A DNA stretch of 64,000 nucleotides from Geosiphon pyriformis uo1 (GCA_016748015.1 JAAOMT010000599.1:124001-188000); one strand, 5' to 3'; shown: positions 23,930 through 38,200, numbered from the stretch's first letter. Translations and numbers: made by a program. The notes: generated by a model from the sequence alone, not told the origin.

Positions 23930-26900
23930 AGAAGAAAACCCTTTTTATGCTTTTAACTTAACTGATGATAACCATAACATAGATGAACTAGCAATCAACA
24001 CCTTAGAACCAACCAGAAAGAAGAAGAAAGCCAAGGTTGATTTCATTCTAGACCCCAACAAAGCCTTAACTTCTGTCACTGATAACAATGAGCCACCAAA
24101 GGCAAAAGTTTTTAAGAATTCTCCAAAGTTGAAACCCCCAGAAATTGTACAAAAATCTGGATCTTATTCCGTTGTCAAAGATCTTATGGAAACCCCAGCA
24201 CATATTACCTTTGGCCAGTTAATAACCCACCCACAGTTCAGAAAGAATCTTTGCAAATTCTTGATTCCAAAGAAGAAGACACCAAAAACCAACAAGCACC
24301 CTTGCCAAGTTGGACTTGTTAACAACAGCAATGTTACCCCTCTAATTTGTAAAGCCCAAGTGGCTAGATACTTCATTGACTTAATTCTGAATAGTAGATC
24401 ATCTGTTAGTGTCATTGCCAAACACTTCTTGGAAGCAATTGGTAGAAAGATTGATAAACCTTCCACCAGACCAATGACCAACGTACATAGTAATAAAAAG
24501 AAAGGACTGGGTATTGCCAAAGCTGTTTTTGTCCACATTAATAGAATCAGCATTGAAACTGACATGGAAGTTTCTGAAGCCAAGGAATACACCATCATTG
24601 TTAACAATGAATGGCTCAAGAAAGCAAAAACTTTGCTTGATTATGAACTTTGTGAATTAACCATCAGATGTGGTGAGAAACCTATTGTGGTTAAGTGTTA
24701 CCATTGGACAACTCCTCTAATACCCAAACAAAACCAAGAAGAAGAACAATCAGATGAATCAGATGATAAAGAGAGCGATAAAGAAAAAGAACAAGAAAAG
24801 CAAAAAGAAACTGCTGAATTCGCCTATACCACCTTTACCAGCAATGGCAAACCACTGGACAATATTAAAGCAGACAAAGAAAAAATCATTGTAAATGGTA
24901 TTACCAGAGGTTTTTGGTCTCTTTTCTGTAATGTTGTTGATACTTCTTTGCTGTGAATTCACGTTTTCTGGATGTGGTTGAACCTCCAGTAACTGAATTT
25001 ATCTTCAAATTATCTCCTATAATTTGAACTTGCTGGGCTTATGAGTAGAATGGCCAATTCCATGCCAGTTGCTTTATGTAGTTACGTTGTAGTAAACGTC
25101 AACTCTTTTCCAGGAATTGCTCGTCTAGAAGCTCACTAAAAATGTGTAGTTACTTTGCTGTGAAAGTCAACTCTTCTACAGGAATCTCATCTGTAGGCTA
25201 CCCTAATGATTGTAATAAGAAAATAAAAGAAAATAAAAGAAATGTAAAAGAAATAGAATTTTGTCGAGGGAAACGTTTTCTATCCAGGCCTGGAGTCACT
25301 AACAGTTTACTGAAATTGGTAGCTAATCAATTTCAAAATGTTAGTTGGGTTTTGGGGATTTTCCAAGTACAATAATTAAAGAATTTGGTTTTTTGAATTA
25401 TTTGATATTTATTTCTTTTTGTGTGTATAGGAACAGTTTTTAAGAGATAAATCTAAAATAAGATACATTTTCTCGAAGAGAGAAGCTCTTCTTTTATACA
25501 ACTTGTCATAACACTATTCTATGAACTTGAACTTTGCTATTTTCTAAAATTTCGCTGAACTAAAGATACATTTCGGCAAACTATAAGTTATTTCGGTGAA
25601 CTATTAGATATTTTGGTGAACTATCAATTATTTCGGCGAATTTCTACAAATTTCAGCAAACTTTTTGAATGTTACATAGTTCGGGTATTGCATGATTGAT
25701 CATCGCAATTAGGTTACATTTGTGTTGTGTACAATTTGGGTTATTATTTAAATGATAATTTCAGACATTTTTGCTAATGTAATAAGTAATCATTTGAAAT
25801 GATAATATATGCTAATTAATGATAGGAATTATAAGATAATTTCATGCTAAATAATATCTCTAATTTCGTTTGGTAACAATGGCAAGCTGATTTGCTGACC
25901 TTATTATGATATTCTTAGAAGAACCTTTGAAAAAAAACCTGGCAAGAAAGCCAAATACAGTTTTTGGTGGCATGGTCCTTGTGCCTGGTGTTGGTGCAAC
26001 AAACTCTTGTATTCTCTAAGCAATGAATGTAAATCATGTCTGATCTATTACAGAGATTGGGAACCAATCAGTTTGATACCCAGAGAAAAATTAAAAGAAG
26101 TACAGAAGTCCTTTAAGAATAAACCACCTGAGATCCAATCACTGATTGTAGAACAAAAAGAACTCTCTTCAGAAGAAAGAAAAATAAACATTGAAAATTT
26201 GCTGGCTAGAAATAGCCCAGTTATCTCCAAAGAAGGTAATACCTCTGGATGTACCCATGTAATACAACACACTATCACCACCAGAGAAACTTGATCCATC
26301 TATTTGAAGTCTTATCAATCCAATCAGCACAATGATAAGTTTATCAAGAAAGAGATAAACCAGATGAAAGAACTTGGATTCATACAAGAAACCAAGAGTG
26401 AATGGGCTTTTCCAATTGTAGTGGTATCCAAAAAAGGTAGAACACTATGCTTCTGTGTCGACTACTACCAATTAAATGCCATCACTAAAAGAGACATATA
26501 CCCACTTCCCAAGATAGATGCAATGTTAGACCAATTCAAAAATGCTGCTTTCTTCTCAACTATTGACTTAACTACTGGATTCTGACAAGTAGAGATGAAT
26601 CCAGAAAGCAGAAAGAAACTGCTTTTATTACCAAGTATAGTACTTATGAATTTATTGTCATGCCTTTTAGTCTTACCAATGTCTCTTCTACCTTTCAATG
26701 CTTAATGGATAAAGTATTTAAATCAGTCAAGGAAAACTTTGTTCTAGTCTATTTGGACGACATAATGGTATACTCAAAAACCTGGAATGAACACCTGGAA
26801 CATTTGCAAAAGGTTTTTGACCTCCTCAGAAATGCTGGCCTTAAGATTAATCCAATTAAATCTTTCTTTGGAAGACAATCCACCCAGTTCCTTGGTCATC

Positions 26901-27559
26901 TTATCACAAAAAATGGAATTTTTTCTGACCCAGCCAAAGTTGAAAAAGTCCAAAACATCAAACAACCAATGAATATTTATAAACTATGCTCTTTTCTTGG
27001 TTTGGCCTCTTATTATTGCAAATTTGTCAAGGATTTCTCCAAAATTGCCTTTTCTCTCAATCAGCTACTCAGGAAAAATGTCAATTACTATTGGGGAACA
27101 CATCAGCAAAAAGCCTTTGAAACTTTAAAGGAAAAACTGATTACAGAACCCATTCTTAAGCAATCTGATCTAGATCAACTCTTTATCTTCCACACTAATA
27201 CATCTGGCTTTGGACTTGGTGCTGTTTTCTTCCAGAAAGATGAAAATGGCAAAGAACATGCCATAGCCTATGCCAGTAGAACCCTTTCCTCAGCAGAACA
27301 GAACTATTCAGTCACTAAACAAGAATGCTTAGCAGTAGTATGATTCACCAGTTACTGAAGTAAGTATCTTCTTGGTGTGAAGTTTTTGGTAGTAACAGAT
27401 CACCAAGCTTTGGTTTGGCTGCACAACAAAAAGAGGCTAGAACACAAACAGATAACTCGCTGGATACTTCACTTGGATGAATTTGACTATGATATTCAAC
27501 ATCACAAAGGAGCTAATCATCAAAACACCGATGCTCTCTTTAGACTTACCATCCAGTGA
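23886..27559 (+). pseudogene. Family B pol (protease, small Cys/Trp-rich module, RT, RNase H), interrupted by a solo LTR
   Basis: LILNSRSSVS (degenerate DSGS), WAFPIVVV, FCVDY, YLDD at 26750, AYASRTL, KQECLAVV, VTDHQAL. Confidence 0.92.
24899..25878 (-). mobile_element. Solo LTR of a family A subfamily inserted in B pol; TSD ATGG
   Basis: 980-bp reverse copy of the A LTR; ATGG at 24895-24898 and 25879-25882; the empty site is visible in the B copy at about 36495-36515. Confidence 0.95.
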
Positions 27560-27626
27560 CAGAACAACCCTCTCAAACCAAACCAACTTAATTATTAGTA
27601 ATTCCCCCTTTTTGACAAACACAATA

Positions 27627-28940
27627 ATAGACTTGGACAACTACTCTGTCTTAATAGAATTTTTGAGTAAAAGACAATACCCACCAAAATACACACAACA
27701 ACAAAGAGAACATTTGTGCAAACAATCAAATTTCTATTTGATTCGCCAGAACCAACTTTATAAAAGAAATAGAAAAGATCCTGACCACCCCCAGAGAGTC
27801 ACCAGATTTGAAGAAAAAAAAATTGTGATCTACAATATGCACACTGATCCATTAGCTGGACACTTTGAAAAAACAAAAACAATTCAGAAAACTCTAGTTC
27901 ACTATTATTAGTCTATTTTGAAAAAAGATATTGCTGAATACATCAAAACCTGTGATATTTGCCAAAGAAGAGGAAAACCCAATTGCAAAGAAGATATCCA
28001 TCCAATCTCTGTTGGTCAACCCTTTGACAGAATTGGTATAGATGTTGTTGGACTTTTAGCAATAACTCCTGATGGCAACAGATACATTATCACAGCTACC
28101 AACTATCTTACAAAGTGGATAGAAGCAAGAGCCACTTCAGACCAAACAGCAGTCTCAATAGCCAATTTCATTTATGAAGATATCATTTGTTGCCATGGCT
28201 GCCCCAAAGAACTTTTATCTGACAGAGAAAGAGCTTTTCTCAGTACACTTGTTAAAGAACTTTGCAGAAAAATGGGAATACGTCACAAACTTTCCTCTTC
28301 TTATTACCTCCAAACAAATGGCCTAGTGGAACATTTCAATAGAACACTATGTGAAACCCTAGCCAAAACCAGCGAAGAAACAAACTTATGGGACAAAGTA
28401 CTGCCTTCAGCTTTGTTCGCTTATAGAATTGTGAATTATGACATAACAAGTTATGAACCCTTTTATCTATTCTATAGACAAATGGCAACCCTATCAATAG
28501 AAACTGACATTGAGACAATACCCTTTGAAAAAATAACAATAGGGAATTACAAAGACATTTTGCAAAGAAGACTTGGTACCATTCTTAATTCATTAGTAGA
28601 AGCACAGATAATTGCCTTTGAAAAGATAAAACAATTCCAAAAGAAGCTTAAGAAAAAGAAAACATATAAAACACTTTTCTTAAGTGTTGGTGATTTAGTT
28701 TTAAAATACCATTTAGACAGAGACAATGTCTATGGTGATAAATTCTCTAGCCGGTGGAAAAGACTTTTTATAGTCAACAAAGTTTTGAACAATGGTTCTT
28801 ATATCTTACAAGATCAATATGGAACAATCTTCAATAATCATCCTGTTCATGACACATGACTCAAGAAATATCACAAATGACCTAATTAGTTATCTGTTAT
28901 GGTAATACTGACCCAAATAATCAACAAAAATCAGATATAA
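27627..28940 (+). pseudogene. Family B integrase, in a separate frame from RT-RH
   Basis: MHTDPLAGH...CDICQ, GIDVVG, YLTKWIEA, LSDRE, QTNGLVEHFNRTL, NNGSYIL. Confidence 0.92.
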
Positions 28941-28981
28941 ATAAATGCATTATTCCCAAAACAGAAGTATTTTCAATCAAC

Positions 28982-29638
28982 ATGAACAATTATTTCCTAG
29001 ATCAAAACATTCAAAATGCTTTCTACACTCTCCATGAGTACTGGATCAAAAATTATCCAAATGCTACTCTGACCATTGGAAAACAAACCACCATAACTGA
29101 TAACAGTGGAACATATACTGTTATTAAACCAAAGAAAACCACTACCAGAAGAGAAAAAATTGGTAGCAAAATAGATAAGTATTTGCTGGAAAGCATAACA
29201 GCAGCAATACTTATACCTTCTATGACAATTGAAAAAACAATTAAGGAAATCTTGCCCATAGACAAAAACTTGTCATATAGAAGACAACTAGAACTTTATA
29301 GTCATCTTGGTGAAATCATAGAAGAAATGAAGCTCATGAAGAAAACAACTTCAGAGATACAAGTGGAACTTTTGGGCATTATACATTTAGATGTCCTAAG
29401 TGTTTTGACCATTGCAAGAAGAGCCAAAACTCTTATACAAAGATTTAGTCTCTTGAATACAAAGCTTATTTTACCTCAAGTACTATATACTCTATTCACA
29501 AAAGACTTCAACAAACTAGTTATTTTTGAGTTAGACAAAACCCTTCAATTAGAATACCTTATAAATAGCTTGATTTTGCTGGAGCTCAATCTCTTTGGAG
29601 AGGATAATGTTATAGTTGAAACCCATAATTTTTATTAG
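28982..29638 (+). CDS. Family B ORF3 (218 aa, post-integrase accessory protein of unknown function), stop-free
   Basis: Open ATG-to-stop frame between the integrase and the 3' LTR, ending inside the LTR; positional and weak sequence parallel to ORF3 of family A. Confidence 0.8.
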   Translation: MNNYFLDQNIQNAFYTLHEYWIKNYPNATLTIGKQTTITDNSGTYTVIKPKKTTTRREKIGSKIDKYLLESITAAILIPSMTIEKTIKEILPIDKNLSYRRQLELYSHLGEIIEEMKLMKKTTSEIQVELLGIIHLDVLSVLTIARRAKTLIQRFSLLNTKLILPQVLYTLFTKDFNKLVIFELDKTLQLEYLINSLILLELNLFGEDNVIVETHNFY

Positions 29639-30250
29639 TTATCACATGTATTAGCCACTGATGTCACATAAATAGCCACTCTATTTTTAAATAGTGATCA
29701 TTAACCTAGTCGTTGACCTGGTTGTTAACCACTTTCAATAGCTATATAAGTGATGAGTCTCTTAGCTATAGAAAATCATCTCTCAGACAAGAATCAAATA
29801 AATAAAAATAACAACTTTCATCTCAATCACTCTCTTATCACTAAATTCTCTTTCCCTACCTTTAAGTATCTGAACATCTTAGAATAAAAGATTACTTGTT
29901 GGCCTTTTCCTGTTTGAATAATTGTAGTATTTGAAGACTATTTGTATAAATATGACTGAAGAGCACAAGTTGATACTTGATATTGAATTCTAAGAGTGCT
30001 GACATGAAGGCATAGAATTAATACCAGCAGTAATCAATTGTTGACAGTATAGACTATTTCTCTACTTTCAGATTCCCAGTTACTTTTGAAAAGAATAGCG
30101 ACTGAGATATTTTATGAGACTGATCTTGCACATTGAATCCATACTCATTTAATTCACTCATTGAAGTTGAATTCCCCTTTGATTATTTCTATCACCCTAC
30201 AATTCTGTTCTCTCTTGCTATCCATTAGCTTGTTACTCCAACCTGTAACA
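29608..30250 (+). repeat. Family B 3' LTR
   Basis: Direct repeat of 21558-22283 lacking seven 12-bp units. Confidence 0.95.
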
Positions 30251-31665
30251 ATATATTAAAAAGTACTATTAATATATCATCAAGATTTGTATTATTATTA
30301 ATATTAAATCCAACTGTTTTAAAAATTTTATTTCAAAACAATTAAAAAAAATTCAAACTGCTAAAAACTTATGGCAATTACTTTAAAAGATTTAAGTTAT
30401 AATCAACAACTCCATTAAGATTTTAATTACTACTATCTTAATCTAATTTTGAATCCACTAGTAATTGGACAAATACTAATTCAAAAGAAAAAAAAAACAG
30501 TAATTAAAAAAATAATAAACAAAAACCTGATTTCAAATAAACCAAAAATACAAACTTTAATTGTTTAAACTCAGCAAAACCCAAACAATTTAAATTTTAT
30601 TCTTATTATTTAATAAAACATATCTTCAATCATCAAGATCAATTTACTACCAATTACACTAGTCATTGTTTAACAACTATAATAACAACTATTTATATTA
30701 ATAATATATATATCAATTGCCAAATTAGAAAAATTCACTAGTAAAAAAGACAACATCCAAGTTTGGCTAAATAATATCACCAAAGCCAATGGCTGAAATG
30801 ACATTAGAGTTTTCAAGCAATCCCATATTTTTTAAAAAATACTACTAATTTATGATATTAGAGTCTTGTAAACAAATCTAATAATTTTAACACATTCAAA
30901 ACCACATTTCTATAGTATTTTAGTAATTATAATAGCATCAATTATTTTTTAATTAGTTTTACTACTATTAAACAAGACAATACAAAAGCAGTTATTACTT
31001 ACTTAAAACATTTCTATAAAAACTTGTACCAGATTCAAACTATTGTTGCTAACTATTTTATGATACTTCAAATTTTAAATCAGTTTATTTACAAACTATA
31101 CAGTAATCTTTTGTAACAAGTATGTCTATTATATTTAAATACACTTCAAGATATAGTTACTTATGCCAGAAATTTTAAATTAGCCAAGCTTGAAGCCAAT
31201 TACACCCAAGCCATAAATTTAGTAATAAACAGATTATCTAAATTAGATTCCAAACTAAAGCAGTTTAGTGAAACAATTAATCAAAAAATAAAAGAATACT
31301 TAACTAACAATTAAACAATTTATTAGTTTTCTCAATGTTATAACAATTCAAAAAACTTTAATCAGTATTAAAATTTGTTATATTTATTATTATTATTATT
31401 AATAAATTAACAATGGCAATAAAAGATGTATATTTGCTACTATTGCCACAAATAAAACATATTAAAGCAAATTGCTATTTAAAAATAAACAGTTTATGAT
31501 TAAAAAATCAATATAAAAATTCTAATTACAGGTTTTAAATTCCAAACTATACAAATAATTTATCTTTAAATTATTATTAGTATTAGTTCTATTACTTTTA
31601 AATAATACAATCAATATATGTATTTTTTATCTATTAAATACTATAGTCCTAAATAATATATCAAC

Positions 31666-34393
31666 TATTACAGTATACTTATAGAATATAGAAGATATAT
31701 TAGCATATAAATTAGCCAATCAGAAGTAGCCAGAGTAAATATGAAATTCCAGAATTCCTCTTAAATGAATTGCAAGATTCCAAGAATTTCAGAATTCTTG
31801 TATAAAAAATTGCAGAATTCCAGAATTCCAGAATTTTTTTCAAAGAATTGCAAGATTCCAAAAATTGCAGGATTCCTGGTGTGAAGAATTGAGGAATTGA
31901 AGAATTTTAATTATGTATATATAGTGGTAGAGTTAGAAGTAGAAAGAAGAACCTTTCAGTTTAGATTTGATCTAAGCAATCTTTCTATTTACAAATATCA
32001 ATAAATAATTATTTGTTATCTCAATCCACTCTCCACTATCAATATTTCATGTTGATAGTAATTGATACTTAACCATACTGGAACAATAGTTTTTGATCAT
32101 GGCTATTAACAGGATACTAACTTGTTATCATCTTGGCTTATTTTTTTTATATTTTTTTATTTTTTTATTTTTTTTTGTTATTCTTTTGTTTTACTAAATT
32201 GATTAAAGATTATGCATGAAAGTTATTGACATCATGGATAGCCTGGTAAAAGACCCAGAGATAAGAGTAAAATTATATATATATTAACAGATAGTTTATC
32301 AAAAGGGCATAACTGCCAGAATAAATTTAGCCACCAAGCTGAGAAAGAAATTGGAAAAGCAACTTACTAACCACAGCAATATTATCATTAAATCTCTGTC
32401 TATTATACAAAAAACTCAACAACAAAATCTTCAGATCAACAAAACCTTCAGAAACCAACATAATTATATCAATTGAGCACCAAATTGCGAGTTTGTTATT
32501 TGCTTTAAGACCTCAAATAATCACCTGTAACATTTGGTGCTTCCTGTAAAGTATAATTCTACAGAAAACCAGCACCAACAACCCCATCCAAATAGTGGCA
32601 GAATCTGAAAAAATAGAAACAAACCATTTGGGATTTGCAAAATCTTTATTCTAATATTATCACACTCATCTTGAATTAACAAATAATAATTGGCCAACAG
32701 AATCAGCTTTCAACTGCTATGTCAATAAGAGAATTGTATATCATTTAGGAGACCAAGAAGATTCAGAATTCGCCTTCAACAATTTCTTCAGTGAACTACT
32801 CCAAAGCACTACCCTTTCACAAAACTATTTATTTACACCACTAATCACAGAAATCAACAGGGAAATTGAAAAATACACCAAACAAAGATTTTCTATTACA
32901 TTTGCTGACAAAGGAAAAAGAAGACTACAAACACCAGCAGAAACCTTAAAGCAAATCCAACTATCTACTTGGAAGAAACAGAGATTTGATTTATCTGCCA
33001 ATCCATCTTATTATTACATACCTGGAAGCACTATCAATATACTATCAACAGACATGTTCACCACAAACATGACAATATTATTGAATAAGATTCTGTTTCA
33101 AAGTAAACAAAAGAAAACAGAATTACTAGGAACATATGGTAATTACTTTGAGAGATTTAAATCATGATCCCTAATGCCATCAGGAATTCAATCACTACCA
33201 CCACAATCAGATTTTGGAGCTATTAGTCTTTGGGAAATAACTGATATCAAGGAAAAGAAAGGTAGTGATTAGGAAAATAGTAAACAAAAACTGATCCTAG
33301 AAAATCCAGAAATTGGAACTTCAGTTAATTAAAACCCAAAAAATCAGAATAATTGAAATGCCGACATTAATAATTAACAATACTTACCTTTAGTAATTGT
33401 GATCAATCCACTACCAGCTCTATCAATCAACAATCAGCAACAGCAATAGCAACAGCCACAACCACCACTCCAGTAGCAACTACAACAGCAACCACTTTAA
33501 CAACAACAACAACTTCACCCATCACCAGTTCAACAGTAACAACCAATTATGCAAATAGCATATGTACCAATTGCCAAACTCAAAAAATTTACTGGCAAAG
33601 AAGATAACACCCAGGTTTGGCTCAATAACATCGCCAAAGCAATTACTGCTAACAATTGAGATGACACCAGAGCCCTACAGGCCATCTTATATTTTTTGCA
33701 AGATACTACCAATTCCTGGTATCAAAGCTTGATTAACAAATCTGTTATCTTTGACATGTTTAAAACAGAGTTTTGAGATATTTCAGCAACAATAATAGTA
33801 TTAATCATTTAGCTAACACTTTTACTATTATCAAACAAGGAAAAAATGAAGCAGTCACCACTTACTTGGGACACTTTCACAGAAATCTGCATCAAATTCA
33901 GGCCATACAGGTCGATTATTTCACAGTGCCACAAATTTTAAATCAATTCATTAGAGGCCTGCACAGTAACATCCTTCAACGTGTACATCTATTGCATCCA
34001 ACAGACCTTTAAGCTACTGTTACAAATGCCAGAGATTTTAAAGCCACTGAATTAGAAGCCAATCATGCCCAAGCCATAAACTTAGTGATGAATAGATTAT
34101 CTGACTTGGATTCCAAGTTGAAGCAATTCAGTGATTTCATCAACCAGAAATTGGAAGGATACTTAGCTAACACCAATCAGACAATTTATCAATCACCACA
34201 ATGACACAGCAACTAAAGAAACTCTAATTATTTCCAAAATTTATCATGTTCAGCATCATCAATCAATCAACAATAACAACAGAAAACATGTGCTTGCTAC
34301 TATTGTGGTAAACAAGAACACTTGCAAATTGACTGCTGTTAATATTTAAATAACTAATGATCAGGAAATCAATATTAAAACTCTGATCACCAG
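31666..34393 (+). mobile_element. Family C-related element C2: 5' LTR (31666-32532), PBS (32535) and gag pseudogene; truncated
   Basis: T(A)TTACAG...CTGTAACA LTR with GAATTCCA-type repeats; gag AYVPIAKLKKFTGKEDNTQVWL, IKQGKNEAVTTY, knuckle CYYCGKQEHLQIDC. Confidence 0.85.
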
Positions 34394-35272
34394 TGTTACC
34401 AGACAAAATTAGAGATATTGTTCAGCATAAAATTACCCTTATAAATCTTATCATTAATTAGCATATATTATCATTTCAAATTATCACTTATCACATTAGC
34501 AAAATATCCAAAATTATCATTTAATTAATAACCCAATTTGTACATAACACAAATGTAACCTAAGTGCAATGATCAATCATGCAATACTCTGAAATATGTA
34601 ACATTCAAAAGTTTGCTGAAATTTGTAGAAATTTGCTGAAATAATTAATAGTTTACTGAAATATCTAATAGTTTGCAGAAATAACTTGTAGTTCACCAAA
34701 ATGTATCTTTAGTTTGGCGAAATTGTAGAAAAGAGCAAAGTTCAAGTTCATAAAATAGTGTTATGACAAGTTGTATAAAAGAAGAGCTTCTCTCTTTGAG
34801 AAAATGTATCTTACTTTAGATTTATCACTTAGAACTATTCCTACATACACAAAAAGAAATAAAATATCAAATAATTCGAAAAACCAATTTCTTTAAAATA
34901 TTGCACTTGAAAAATTTCCAAAAACCCAACTAACGTTTTGAAATTGATTAGCTACCAATTTCAGTAAACTGTTAGTAACTCCAGGCCTGGATAAAAAACG
35001 TTTTTCTTGACAGAATTCTATTTTTTTTACATTTTTTTATTATTTTTTTTCTTTTATTTTTTTATTATAATCATTAGAGTAGTCTACAGACAAGATTTCT
35101 GTAAAAGAGTTGACTTTCACAGCAAAGTAACTACACATTTTAGTGAGCTTCCAGATGAGCAATTCCTGGGAAAGAGTTGATGTTTACTACAATGTAACTA
35201 CACAAAGCAACTGGCACAAAATTGGCCATTCCACTTATAAGCCCAGCAGTTCAAATTATAGAAGATAATTTA
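34394..35272 (+). repeat. Family A-subfamily LTR, 3'-truncated
   Basis: Starts TGTTACCAGAC; closely matches the reverse complement of 24899-25878. Confidence 0.92.
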
Positions 35273-38200
35273 AAAATTTTTTGTTAATGTGTGCTCCAAT
35301 AATAATTGATAGTTTTTTTAAGTAGCTAATTGAAAAAAAAAACGATTTTAGAGAAATCTTTAACAAACTTTTAATAATAAGAGGCCAAACCAAAAAAAAA
35401 GTGTAGTTCATAAATGTTTATTGATTGTTTAATGTTCTGAACTTTTTTAATCTTGGCTGAATCAGAAAAGATTTTATTTTTTGTAATAAAATAACCAAAA
35501 AACTGGGTAAATTATCATTCAAAAAAAAATTTAATTGAATTGATTTTAAGGCCAGTATTTCTGAAAAGATCAAAAACTTTTTGCAAATGTTTAAGATATT
35601 TATTCTAAATTTTTGAGTATATTATTATATCATCCAAATAAATTAAAACAAAGATTTTTTTTACAAATTCAAATACTTTGTTTATTAAGTATTAAAAAGT
35701 GAGAAAAGTATTAGTAAAACCAAAAAACATAACTAGAAATTTATAAGTGTCATACTTGGTAATAATAGCAATTGTTTTTTTGTTTTTTGAATCTATTTCT
35801 ACTTGTTAGAATCTAGCAGTTAGATTAATAATTAAAAAAAACAACACTATTAAATTGGTTTAGCATTGCATTAATTTTGAGAAGTAAATACATATTTTTT
35901 TTAATAATAACATTTAATTAGCAGTAGTTAACACAAAAATGTAGAGTTCTATCTTTTTTGAATACTATTACAATTAAGAAGACCCATTTACTTTTGGTTT
36001 TTTGTATAAATTCAAGATTTTTCATTTGGTTTATTTCTTTTTTAATGAATTTATTATTGTGATAATTAGATTAATAAGACTTTAAATAAATAAGACAAGT
36101 TTTTTTGGTAGTAATAATGTGTTATATTACATAAATTTATTTAGAGATATCATTTTTTTTGATATTATTGAGCTGTTTCTAATCAACAGATTTTTAATGT
36201 CCACTTTTTTTTTCTTCTGAGAAAAGTTTTTTTTGTTTTACTATTAATAATTATATCTTAAGCAGTTTATTCTCAAAAAACTTTTGCACTTTTTTTATCT
36301 TTTTTTTGGTATTAAGCTAATAAATTTCCAATCTTTGTAATAAATTAAGCAAAACTTGCATTTATTGCTAGGAAAATACAATGGTTTATCACATTAGCAC
36401 CAAGCACAAAAACCATATTACTAATAACTGTATTTGGTTTTTTTGCCAGATTTTCTGTTAAAAGTTCTTTTGTGTATATTATAATAAGATCAACAAATTA
36501 ACTTACTATTTATGATAATTTTTTTTGTCAATTTTAACATTGTCAAGTGGCTTGCTATTGCTAATAAAGATAATATAAGTAAGTTCAACAGTTTTTTCTT
36601 GTTCTTTTTATTTTATTTTTTTATCACTTTCTTTATTATTTGATTTATTTAATTGTTTTTCTTCTTAGTTCTGCTTAAATATTAAAGAAATTGTCTAATA
36701 ATAATACTTAACCACAATAGACTTCTTACTACATCTAATAATTAATTCACACAGCTTATAATCAAGTAAGATTTTGGTTTTCTTAAGCCACTTATTATTA
36801 ACAATAATAATGTATTCTTTAACTTTAGAAACTTTTATATTAGTTTTAATGCTAATACTATTAATATAAACAGAAACAGCTTTGGCAATACCAAATCTTT
36901 TTTTTTGTTATTATATATATTGGTTATAAATTTAATAGAAAGTTCATTAATTTTTCTACTAATGGCTTTTAAGAAATGTTTAGTAATAATACTTATAGAT
37001 AATTTACTATTTAGAATTAAGTTAATAAAATAACCAGCTACTTGGGCTTTACAAATTAGAAAAATAATATTACTATTATTAGTAAATTTAGCTTGACAAG
37101 AATATTTGTTGGTTTTAGATGTTTTTTTTTTGGAATCAAGAATTTGTAAAATTTTTTTCTGAACTATAAATGAGTTATTAATTGGCCAAAAATAATGTGC
37201 TAAAATTTCTATAAAATTTTTAATAATAAAATAAAAACCAAATTTCTGTACTATTTTTGGAGACTCTAATTTTAAAAAATTTTTAAAAACTTTTGTTTTT
37301 AGTGACTTATTATTATTAACAATAGAAGTTAAGGCTTTGTTGAGATTTAGAACAAAATTAATCTTGGCTTTTTTTTTTTCTTGTGAATTCAGAAGAGTTG
37401 ATAGCCAGTTTATTTATATTATAGTTATTATTAGTTAAGTTAAAAGTATAAAAAAGGTTTTTTTTTGGTTGGTTCATACTTTCACTTTTTAAAAGTGTGC
37501 TTACTAATTTAAAGGCTAATAAACAGTGGCTTTAACTAAAAAAAAATTTTCAAAAAAATTAATATTAGCATAGTTAGATTTTTGATTAAGAGTATTGTTG
37601 TTAATAAGTCTGTTATTTTGGTTATCATTGTTTCTAAAAACTAGAAGAAACAAAGAAAAATTGTTACAATCTTTAAAAAAATATTTAGTCAATTCACAAT
37701 AATAGCATATAAATAAGTCACAATTTTATTGTTTTTAATAAAAAAGTTGTTAGAGCTAATTAAAACAAAATTTAAATTTAGGTTTTTAAAATTGCTGAGT
37801 TTTTTTGACTGCTTGGACTAAAGATTTTAGTAACTAAACAAAATTGATTGTAAGTTTATCTATTAATTGTTTATTAGAATTCTGAGTTTGGGCAGCAAAA
37901 AAGATAGCAGCTATTTAAGATACAGAAATTATAATAAAAGCAAGAGCAAAAACTAGAAGTGTAATTTCCAAATATATTCTTTAATTGTCTTTAATTTTTT
38001 AAGCAAATTCAATGACTATATTTATAGTAAAATTATTTTTTAAAGCCAAAAAAAACCAAAAAGCATATAATAGATTGGTTTTTAATCTTTTTGTAAAAGA
38101 GTAAATTTTTTGTTTTTCTGTTCAGTTTTTTCTAGAATTTATTTGTTTGATTAACTTTTTTATTGTTTTAACATATTTAATTACTACTTTTTCTGGGTTT

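Larger units (their letters stand above)
21558..30250 (+). mobile_element. Ty3/Gypsy LTR retrotransposon, family B; full length, TSD ATAT
   Basis: LTRs 21558-22283 and 29608-30250 (TGTTA...TAACA); ATAT at 21554-21557 and 30251-30254; PBS, PPT (29597-29604); gag, PR, RT, RH, IN, ORF3. Confidence 0.97.

Noticed and set aside
28982-29638. ORF3 as an envelope glycoprotein
   Set aside because: No signal peptide, furin site/fusion peptide or transmembrane anchor is evident, and it is too short.
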